Assembly: GCA_018263405.1 (NCBI GenBank)
Contig: JAANXG010000004.1
Coordinates: 1 to 32,617 of the forward strand
DNA from: Gammaproteobacteria bacterium
GTDB taxonomy: Bacteria; Pseudomonadota; Gammaproteobacteria; Arenicellales; JAANXG01
Length of the DNA: 32,617 nucleotides
Direction: 5' to 3'
The notes beneath the pieces are model-generated. The model worked only from the letters and a program-made list of their open reading frames with translations. It made no database searches and was not told the DNA's origin. The position numbers and the translations under genes are program-made. Positions within the stretch are counted from its first letter, which is position 1. Each line of letters opens with the position of its first letter. Below, piece after piece: positions 1-7,036 of the stretch.

Positions 1-126
1 GGTCGGAAAAGCCCCTCGCCGGCGTTACGCTCGCTTGAATTGACCGGGCCAGTCCTGCGCTCGCGTGCCTTGGCGATCGGCTTTTCCGATCCCGCTGAAC
101 GTGTGTGTATTTATGCCCAAGGGTAC
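1..126. mobile_element. Partial palindromic MITE/REP-like element (family E), left end outside the window
   Basis: ggtcggaaaagcc (1-13) pairs with ggcttttccgatc (79-91), with nested inner stems. Non-coding. Ends ...cccaagggtac, followed by TTA and another element end. Confidence 0.55.
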
Positions 127-129
127 TTA

Positions 130-150
130 GGGCTCGCGCAAAAATAACTT
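130..150 (+). repeat. Solo terminal inverted repeat of MITE family A
   Basis: gggctcgcgcaaaaataactt preceded by TTA, identical to the TIRs at 29150 and 30678; similarity stops after 21 nt. Confidence 0.85.
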
Positions 151-187
151 TTAGGACCTACAGGATAAACTATGGCCGAGGTCGATA

Positions 188-1333
188 TTGCCTATGAGTA
201 CGCTTTCCCCGGTGAATCCGCAAGGTCGAGCTACGCCACCCAGCGCCAAGGATGGCGATGGTTTGCGGTTCTTGACCCAGTTGTTACAAACCGCTGTCCG
301 CTGGAAGGCCTCGGACGTTCATCTCAAAGTTGGGATTCATCCTTATCTCCGCGTTGATGGCGTTCTGAGGGCGCTGCGGGAGTTTCCGGTACTCGCCGTG
401 CCGGACATGGAGGCGCTCATCCCGATCGTGTTCGACGAAGGCCACCGAAAACAGCTCAGCATGAATTACCAGGTGGACGGTTCGTTAGGTCTCAAAAACA
501 TTGGGCGGGTTCGCGTGAACGCTTATTACCAGCGTGGCTCGGCTGCCATGGCATTGCGTGTAATCGAAACGCAGATTCCGAAGCCCGAAGCGCTGGGTTT
601 GCCCGCAGCGGTAAAGGAGTTCACCCGCTTCGAGCGCGGTCTCGTGATCCTTACCGGCGCCACCGGCTGCGGGAAATCAACTACGCTTGCTTCGTTGATC
701 AATGAAATGAATTTCAACTATGCCAAGAACGTAATTACGATTGAAGATCCCATCGAATACTTGTTCAGCGATCAACGCAGCATTATTTCACAGCGGGAGA
801 TCGGCGCCGATGCGAAGTCGTTTCCGGATGCCATGGTGTCCGCCCTGCGTGAAGACCCCGACGTGATTTTCCTCGGTGAAATGCGTGATACCGATTCGAT
901 CGATACGACTTTGACCGCGGCGGAAACCGGTCATCTCGTATTCACGACGTTGCACGCACCGAGCGCTGCCGACACCATTGCGCGCATCATTTCAAGCTTC
1001 GCGCCGGATGCACAGGCCACGATCCGCACCAAACTCGCACAGAACCTGCGGGCCGTAGTGGCTCAGCGCCTGGTTTCACGCGCCGACGGCAAGGGCCGCG
1101 TCGTGGCCTGTGAGGTGATGACGGTCGGTCCTCGCGTGCGGGAATTGATCCTGGATCCGCTGCGGGCCAAGGAAATTTCCGACTTGGTCAAAAGCGGCGC
1201 GATAGTGGAGGGTATGCTGTCGTTCGATAAGCACCTGTTCGAGTTGTGCCGAAAGGGCGACATTACGGATGAAACCGCCTTGCAGTACGCGACGAGCCCG
1301 ACGGATCTCAAGCTCAAGCTCGACGGGTTCTGA
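188..1333 (+). CDS. Type IV pilus retraction ATPase, PilT/PilU family
   Basis: ASDVHL, Walker A GATGCGKST, TIEDPIE, Walker B region ALREDPDVIFLGEMRD, His box AETGHLVFTTLH. The PilT AIRNLIRE motif is replaced by RVRELILD. Start TTG188 (GAGGT RBS) or ATG194. Confidence 0.9.
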   Translation: MPMSTLSPVNPQGRATPPSAKDGDGLRFLTQLLQTAVRWKASDVHLKVGIHPYLRVDGVLRALREFPVLAVPDMEALIPIVFDEGHRKQLSMNYQVDGSLGLKNIGRVRVNAYYQRGSAAMALRVIETQIPKPEALGLPAAVKEFTRFERGLVILTGATGCGKSTTLASLINEMNFNYAKNVITIEDPIEYLFSDQRSIISQREIGADAKSFPDAMVSALREDPDVIFLGEMRDTDSIDTTLTAAETGHLVFTTLHAPSAADTIARIISSFAPDAQATIRTKLAQNLRAVVAQRLVSRADGKGRVVACEVMTVGPRVRELILDPLRAKEISDLVKSGAIVEGMLSFDKHLFELCRKGDITDETALQYATSPTDLKLKLDGF

Positions 1334-1492
1334 TCGGGCGTGTCCGATGGCAACAAAGCGATTGCCGCGCGCTCGTTTCAGATCGATTCCGAGGCGCTTT
1401 GTTGGTAGTGCATCCGAAGGGCATTTTCGCAGGGCGCATTCTTCCAGTCTGTACCGAAACGAACGGGACGACGATATCATCTTGAAGGAGTA

Positions 1493-2143
1493 CTAAAATC
1501 GACGAATCGGCCAATTCCGGCGAAGGGCCTCGCATTCTAGTACCGCGTCCGGGTTGACCGCCACGGGATGATCGACACATTCAAGAAGTGGTAGATCGTT
1601 CCAGGAATCGGTATAGAACCAGCTTCCTCGCGGTTCACAGCCGGAACGCGCCAACCAATCATTAAATTTCGCTACTTTGCCTTCCCGGAAGCACGGCTCG
1701 CCGATGATCTTTCCGGTAAAGGCGCCGTCTATGAACTCGAGCTCGGTGGCGATAAGATGCTCGATTCCGAACAAGTTCGCAATCGGCCGCGTGATGAAGC
1801 TATTCGTGGCGGTGATGATCGCCAGAGTGTCTCCCTGCCCACGGTGGTACGCCACGAGAGTCCTGGCAGACTCCGTCACCAGGGGCTGAATTTTTTCTTC
1901 AATGTATTCTTCTCGCAGCTGGGCCAGCGCTTCATAGCGCTCCTCGACCAGCGGTGTGAGCTGGAAATCGAGAAATTCGCGGATATCCAGCCGGCCGGCG
2001 TCGTACTCTGCCATGTAGTAGTTACTGCGCTGTTCGAATATTTCGGGTTCTACGATGGTGCGTTCAGCCAGAAACAGCCCCCACGCATGGTCGCTGTCTC
2101 CCGATAACAGCGTGTGATCGAGATCGAACAGCGCTAATGCCAT
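1493..2143 (-). CDS. HAD-IB family phosphatase (SerB-like; possibly histidinol-phosphatase)
   Basis: Motif I FDLDHTL, motif II ITAT, motif IV YTDSWND. Divergent from rppH, as in pseudomonads. ATG2143 preferred over TTG2149. Confidence 0.85.
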   Translation of the reverse strand: MALALFDLDHTLLSGDSDHAWGLFLAERTIVEPEIFEQRSNYYMAEYDAGRLDIREFLDFQLTPLVEERYEALAQLREEYIEEKIQPLVTESARTLVAYHRGQGDTLAIITATNSFITRPIANLFGIEHLIATELEFIDGAFTGKIIGEPCFREGKVAKFNDWLARSGCEPRGSWFYTDSWNDLPLLECVDHPVAVNPDAVLECEALRRNWPIRRF

Positions 2144-2241
2144 GGACAATAACTAATTTTGAGCGCGGCGGCGCCCGGAATTTTCCGTGAATGCCGGATC
2201 ATGGAAAAATCTTCGTTGAGCTGGATGGTAAGATGTCGGTA

Positions 2242-2808
2242 ATGAATTTCAATCTACCGCATAGCATATACGAAGAACTGCGCCGGGACGACGGGTATCG
2301 CCCCAACATCGGTATGATACTAATGAACTGCTTTGGCAAGGTATTATGGGCGCGACGGGCGAGCCGTGACGGTTGGCAATTCCCGCAGGGCGGTATCGAG
2401 CGCAACGAGTCGTTCGAGGACGCATTGTTGCGGGAGTTGTACGAAGAAGTCGGGTTGGGGGTTCATCAGGTGAACATGCTGGCGCACACTTTGAGGTGGA
2501 TGCATTATGACTTGCCAGGGAGCTATCTCAAGCGGGCACGCCGGCGCGGAGATAGCAAATTCCGTGGCCAGAAACAGATCTGGTGTCTGCTCGTTCTGCT
2601 TGGCGACGACTCGCAGGTGTGTTTATCGGCTTCGAAAAAGCCTGAGTTCGACAAATGGATCTGGACCGATTGGTGGACGGCGGTCCAGCAGATCGTCGAC
2701 TTTAAACGTCCTGTTTATGAATCCGTATGGTCCGAACTCAATCCGTTTTTAAGCACGTACATGAATTTCTGGTTCCCTGAAACCAGACCAGGGCGTCCCA
2801 AGGCCTGA
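2242..2808 (+). CDS. rppH: RNA pyrophosphohydrolase (Nudix)
   Basis: DGYRPNIG, WQFPQGG, Nudix box GIERNESFEDALLRELYEEVGL, GQKQIW, PEFD-W-W, FKR-VY. Start uncertain (2191/2233/2242). Confidence 0.92.
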   Translation: MNFNLPHSIYEELRRDDGYRPNIGMILMNCFGKVLWARRASRDGWQFPQGGIERNESFEDALLRELYEEVGLGVHQVNMLAHTLRWMHYDLPGSYLKRARRRGDSKFRGQKQIWCLLVLLGDDSQVCLSASKKPEFDKWIWTDWWTAVQQIVDFKRPVYESVWSELNPFLSTYMNFWFPETRPGRPKA

Positions 2809-2838
2809 GCGGCTTTTGTGAAGTTACCCCGATTTACT

Positions 2839-3051
2839 GTAATTTCTTAAAAAGTCCGTGCAATGCCGGCGATCATGTAGGGGCAGGGTTGTCTTTCAGG
2901 GACGCTGTAAGAAGTGGCATAGGGAAGTGCCGTTTACGGAGCTAAGGATGCAATACATCCTTGTACGCTCTGTCGAAAGCCTCCGTGCTTTCGACAGCCC
3001 CGAAAGACAACCCTACCCCTACATTCTTGCACGGGGTTATTGAGAAATTAC
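2839..3051. mobile_element. 213-bp MITE (family C) with 8-bp target duplication
   Basis: Ends gtaatttct...agaaattac. Long imperfect arms (atgtaggggcagggttgtctttc / gaaagacaaccctacccctacat). Flanked by direct repeat gatttact at 2831-2838 and 3052-3059. Internal 11-bp hairpin 2970-2997. Confidence 0.85.
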
Positions 3052-3054
3052 GAT

Positions 3055-3573
3055 TTACTTGGGCGGGAACAACCGGATTTTGCTGACCTGTCCATGATCC
3101 AGGACAAATCCTATGCCGCGGTCGTTGTAATTCAACCTTTCGGAATCCGTCTCTTTGGGTCCGTAGATAGTGGCAAGCTGGTGTTGTGCCATACCGAAGG
3201 ATGCCCCCTCGGTAGTGACATAAGGAGAAGTAAATTTCCCGGTGATATTCATGACTTCCACGCTGTCGCCGCCGATGAGGGTAATCATGGTGTGGTCAGC
3301 GATCTTGTATGTCCATCTATTGCCAAAGATGTTGTCCCGTTTCTTTTGGGTCGGCGGCCCCCACGTTTGAAGCACTCGATCGAAAGCCGTGCCGATTTTT
3401 ACTTTTTTAAGACCGACCCCGGGCTGTAGAAATATATCCCGCTGGAGATAGTCGGTAACCAATTTCGCCGCGCTGGAAGTCCCCTGGTCCTGGGCGGTGA
3501 CCACGAGCGGGGCCAATGCGGCGCCCATCAGGCAAAACGCCAGGTACAGTACGGCATGTTTATACGCTGCCAT
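3055..3573 (-). CDS. Hypothetical exported protein (172 aa)
   Basis: N-terminal hydrophobic signal-like segment. Two similar segments (KIGTAFDRVLQTWGPP / SFGMAQHQLATIYGPK) suggest a duplicated small domain. Confidence 0.7.
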   Translation of the reverse strand: MAAYKHAVLYLAFCLMGAALAPLVVTAQDQGTSSAAKLVTDYLQRDIFLQPGVGLKKVKIGTAFDRVLQTWGPPTQKKRDNIFGNRWTYKIADHTMITLIGGDSVEVMNITGKFTSPYVTTEGASFGMAQHQLATIYGPKETDSERLNYNDRGIGFVLDHGQVSKIRLFPPK

Positions 3574-3582
3574 GACTTCAAT

Positions 3583-3900
3583 CTACATAACAAACGTATC
3601 TTCGTTGATTAAGAAGTGTTCTACCTCTCGGCCAAGAGTTATTACCGTACCACGGCATCGATAATGATTATCACTGGTGTAATAGAAATCGTAATGGCGT
3701 CTTAGCCGGCGATGTGTAAAACTAAATACCATGGCTTGGAGACACACGCTACCGTCAAGAAACTGATAATTCTGCTTATGACAAAAGTTCTTCACATAAT
3801 CAATTGCGGTCTCACGGGCGCGCATGTTGTCATACCAACACCAAATAACGCCGAGTACCCCACATATCGCGGCCAGATTGTACAATGTCGAACTACCCAA
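3583..3900 (-). CDS. DUF3301-like small membrane protein
   Basis: TM helix then WYDNMRARE-A---C---QFLDGSV, Y-F-Y-SD---R-RG----G pattern. No ATG near the expected start; TTG3900 or TTG3885 likely. The ORF-track start at 4083 runs through a repeat. Confidence 0.7.
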   Translation of the reverse strand: MGSSTLYNLAAICGVLGVIWCWYDNMRARETAIDYVKNFCHKQNYQFLDGSVCLQAMVFSFTHRRLRRHYDFYYTSDNHYRCRGTVITLGREVEHFLINEDTFVM

Positions 3901-4006
3901 GTCTGGTAAGTCGTGATTGAAATCGTGAAGGGGGATAGTACCACCCTTCAAGATGATATTTACGGGTACAGAACCCCGCAGGAGTGCACTTGCACAATTC
4001 CCTAAT

Positions 4007-4052
4007 GACAACCCTGCCCCCACATTCTTACACGGGGTTACTGAGAACTTGT
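4007..4052 (+). repeat. Degenerate right end of MITE family C
   Basis: 39/46 identical to 3006-3051 by manual alignment; possible decayed left arm near 3972-3987. Confidence 0.8.
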
Positions 4053-4069
4053 CAGGTATTTGAATCCAT

Positions 4070-5290
4070 ATGAAATCCCGCAAGCGCTATCTGGGGGTTG
4101 CATGTGCAGGTTTGCTCGTGTACCTCAGTGTCTTGCCGGTCGAGCTGGCGGCGGTCAGATTCAGTCGCGCACAAATTACCGGCGTCGATACTCGGATTGT
4201 TCGTGTGGCGCTCAAAGATGCAATGATACGGGAGCAATTTCCCGACAGGTTTCGCATAAAGAGCCGGGACCAGTGGGTGGAAGTGAACGCTGAATATACG
4301 ATCCGCCCCAAACTGCAGGAATATCTTGACGATATCTACCAGCGCTGGAAGCCGGATTATGCGGCGTTCTTCGCCATGGATGCGGTCACCGGATCCGTGC
4401 TCGCCTACGCGGATTTTGTACGGCATGCTGAGGACGATGTCTACGGTCACCTTGCGCTTAACGCGCTGTTTCCCGCCGCCTCGGTTTTTAAGATAATTAC
4501 GGCTGCTGCTGCTTTGGATACTGACACCGTGCGACCCGATTCGATCTTGCCCTATAACGGAAAATCGACCAGTTTGTACAAGAAACAAGTGTTGCACCAT
4601 AAGGACCATAAATGGACCCGGCGCCCCACTTTGAAGAAAGCATTCGCCACATCGGTGAACACCGTGTTCGCGCGTCTGGGTGTATATGAGCTCGGTGCGG
4701 ATGCCATGAACGAATATGCGCAACGTTTTGCATTCAATCGTCACGATTTGCTCACGGATATACCCATCGATTTGGGGGTTAGCAATATCGAGGACGAGCA
4801 GTGGGTGCTGGCCGAGGTAGCGTCCGGCTACACCGAACGCAATACACTGAGCCCCGTTCACGGGGCGATGCTGGCCAGTGCTATTGCCAATGACGGGCGT
4901 ATTGCTGTTCCCTACGGGGTGAAACGTCTCACCAACTCCTACGGATGGCCGTTGTATGTCAACGAGCCGCGACATCTGACAGAGGCGATCGGGGCTGACA
5001 CTGTGGAGCAGATGCGGGTGCTGATGCAGGAGACCGTGCGCCGCGGCTCAGCCCGCCGTTTTTTTCGCGGATTCTTCAAAGGCCGCGATATCGAAGTCGG
5101 CGGCAAAACAGGCTCTTTGTCCGGCGACCACCCGAAGGGTCGTAACGAATGGTTCGTGGGTTACGCCCGGAGAGGCGATGAGCGCATCGCGTTTGCTTCT
5201 TTGACGGTTAGCAAGAAAAAGTGGCGGGTCAAGCCGGCCCGTGTTGCAAGGAAATTTGCCGAAAAATATTTCGCTAGTCGTGATAACTAA
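4070..5290 (+). CDS. Penicillin-binding protein, transpeptidase domain only
   Basis: N-terminal anchor; SxxK (ASVFK), SxN (SVN), KTG (GGKTGS), WFVGYA. No glycosyltransferase or full dimerisation domain. Confidence 0.88.
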   Translation: MKSRKRYLGVACAGLLVYLSVLPVELAAVRFSRAQITGVDTRIVRVALKDAMIREQFPDRFRIKSRDQWVEVNAEYTIRPKLQEYLDDIYQRWKPDYAAFFAMDAVTGSVLAYADFVRHAEDDVYGHLALNALFPAASVFKIITAAAALDTDTVRPDSILPYNGKSTSLYKKQVLHHKDHKWTRRPTLKKAFATSVNTVFARLGVYELGADAMNEYAQRFAFNRHDLLTDIPIDLGVSNIEDEQWVLAEVASGYTERNTLSPVHGAMLASAIANDGRIAVPYGVKRLTNSYGWPLYVNEPRHLTEAIGADTVEQMRVLMQETVRRGSARRFFRGFFKGRDIEVGGKTGSLSGDHPKGRNEWFVGYARRGDERIAFASLTVSKKKWRVKPARVARKFAEKYFASRDN

Positions 5291-5300
5291 AAGTAAGAAA

Positions 5301-5345
5301 AACAATCCCGCCCCCATATTCTGCACGGGGTTATCGATAACTTAG
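5301..5345 (+). repeat. Degenerate right end of MITE family C
   Basis: aacaatcccgcccccatattctgcacggggttatcgataacttag aligns with 3006-3051 and 4007-4052 in the same orientation. Confidence 0.72.
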
Positions 5346-5349
5346 GGCT

Positions 5350-5823
5350 CTATCTCGAACGGATGCGCTCGATCAGTTCGGTTGTAGAACAGTCGTATTC
5401 GAATGGAATAGAGTGTATCTGACCGCCCCGGTACTTTACTGCCTCACCGCCGGCGATTTCATCGATGCTCCAGTCTCCTCCCTTGACCAGGTGGTCGGGT
5501 TCCACGAGATTAATTAGCTGTTCCGGAGTGTCTTCGTCAAAGGGAACGACAATATCGACGCTTTCGAGCGCTGCCAGCACAGCCATGCGGTCTTCAAGGC
5601 AGTTAACGGGACGGTCCGGCGATTTATCGAGCCGTTTGACGGAGGCGTCAGTATTAACCCCTACGACCAGGGATCTGCCGAAGGCAGCCGCCCGGGCCAA
5701 GTACGTCACGTGGCCCCGGTGTAGTATGTCAAAACATCCATTGGTAAAGACAATTGGTTTCGTCAGCCCTTCCAGGATATTTTGTAGTTCGCTTCGATCA
5801 CGAACAATCTTTTCGTCCACCAC
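5350..5823 (-). CDS. rfaE2: D-glycero-beta-D-manno-heptose 1-phosphate adenylyltransferase (stand-alone RfaE domain II / HldC)
   Basis: [43 protein letters not shown] motifs. Confidence 0.92.
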   Translation of the reverse strand: MVDEKIVRDRSELQNILEGLTKPIVFTNGCFDILHRGHVTYLARAAAFGRSLVVGVNTDASVKRLDKSPDRPVNCLEDRMAVLAALESVDIVVPFDEDTPEQLINLVEPDHLVKGGDWSIDEIAGGEAVKYRGGQIHSIPFEYDCSTTELIERIRSR

Positions 5824-5825
5824 GA

Positions 5826-5990
5826 TTAATCCACGTATTCGAATACCTTGACAACAGGGATGACACCGTCAACGTGGCGCACGACGTCGATGGTGGTGAC
5901 AGTGGCTGCGCCTGCAATTGTTGCAACGCATCTGTTCAACAATACGATACAAGCTAAAACACCAAACAGACGGCACAAATTAATCGCCAT
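5826..5990 (-). pseudogene. dolP: Internally deleted BON-domain lipoprotein (DolP/YraP) remnant, 54 codons
   Basis: Manual translation: [55 protein letters not shown] signal peptide with degenerate lipobox is fused to the typical ...GV..VVKVFEY.D C-terminus, at the yraP position after gmhA. Confidence 0.75.
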
Positions 5991-6573
5991 GCCCAAAGAT
6001 CTTCCAGTCGATCAGGTCGCATATGCAGTGAATTATCAGCCCATGTATCTCCTGGACTCTGGCCGTGGACTTGCCGGGAGCGAGGATATTGATATCTTCA
6101 CCCCTCATGACTTGGGCGGCTTGACCACCGTCGCGGCCATTCAGTGCAATGCAAATCATGTCTTTTTCATGCCCGGCATGCAAAGCTTTGGTGATATTGG
6201 CAGAATTTCCAGATGTAGTGATGGCAAATAAAATGTCATCCGGTTGGCCGAGTGCGTGAATTTGTCGTCCGAATATATCGCTGTAGTCGTAATCGTTCGC
6301 GATAGAGGTCAGTGTTGATGCGTCTGTCGTAATGGCCACGGCAGGTAGCCCGGGACGTTCGGCTTCGAAACGATTCAATAACTCCGACGAAAAGTGCTGA
6401 GCGTCGGCAGCGGATCCGCCGTTGCCACAGATCAATATTTTCCCACCATTAAGCAACGTCCGGGAGATACGGTCGGCAGCGAGGGATATCGGTTCAACCA
6501 GTGGCTCAACCGCCGCTTGTAGATTTGCGATACATTCGTTGAAGTGCGCGGCGACCCTGTCTGTCTGTTTCAT
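5980..6573 (-). CDS. gmhA: Phosphoheptose isomerase (SIS domain; GmhA/DiaA family)
   Basis: CGNGGSAADAQH, NDY, TSGNS, RVQEIH...H; position after yraN; same orientation as and close to rfaE2. Confidence 0.85.
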   Translation of the reverse strand: MKQTDRVAAHFNECIANLQAAVEPLVEPISLAADRISRTLLNGGKILICGNGGSAADAQHFSSELLNRFEAERPGLPAVAITTDASTLTSIANDYDYSDIFGRQIHALGQPDDILFAITTSGNSANITKALHAGHEKDMICIALNGRDGGQAAQVMRGEDINILAPGKSTARVQEIHGLIIHCICDLIDWKIFGHGD

Positions 6574-6621
6574 GGGCTCTTATATTCGTGTAAGCAATGC
6601 AGCTTGTCGAGTGAATACACT

Positions 6622-7017
6622 TTACAAAGCATTCGGTATCCAGTCCACTTGTGCATTGTCATCGATGTCGGCATCCGGGTCGCTACCGAAGCCGGAAATA
6701 AGTACCACATCGAATCGACACGGAAAGTCCACTCCGACGCGTCGGCGCTGCAAATAACGTTCGGCCGAAGCGCGCAATTTACGCTGCTTGTGGAAATCGA
6801 TACTCTCGAGTGCACCACCGTAGCGTTTATTTTTACGGTATCGGACTTCCACGAACACAATCGTGGATTGGTCCCGCATTACCAAATCGATTTCACCGAA
6901 GCGGCAACGGTAATTCGCTTCAACGCAGGTAAGACCCTGATTTTCGAGATATCTTCTGGCGCGGCGCTCCGCATTCCGACCCTTGATCAGATGCGCGGGT
7001 AAACGGGTCGGTTTCAC
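6622..7017 (-). CDS. yraN: YraN family putative endonuclease (UPF0102)
   Basis: G--AE, NYRCRFGEIDLVM, VFVEVRYR, CRFDVV, WIPNA. GTG7017 has an AGGA RBS. Confidence 0.92.
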   Translation of the reverse strand: MKPTRLPAHLIKGRNAERRARRYLENQGLTCVEANYRCRFGEIDLVMRDQSTIVFVEVRYRKNKRYGGALESIDFHKQRKLRASAERYLQRRRVGVDFPCRFDVVLISGFGSDPDADIDDNAQVDWIPNAL

Positions 7018-7036
7018 TGGTATTTTTCCTGTTTCG

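Noticed and set aside
3006-5345. CRISPR array or integron attC sites
   Set aside because: The repeats are kilobases apart, match a MITE end, lack the attC RYYYAAC...GTTRRRY structure, and there are no cas or intI genes in the window.
5342-5350. ttagggctc as another family A end
   Set aside because: Only 9 nt match; could be chance.
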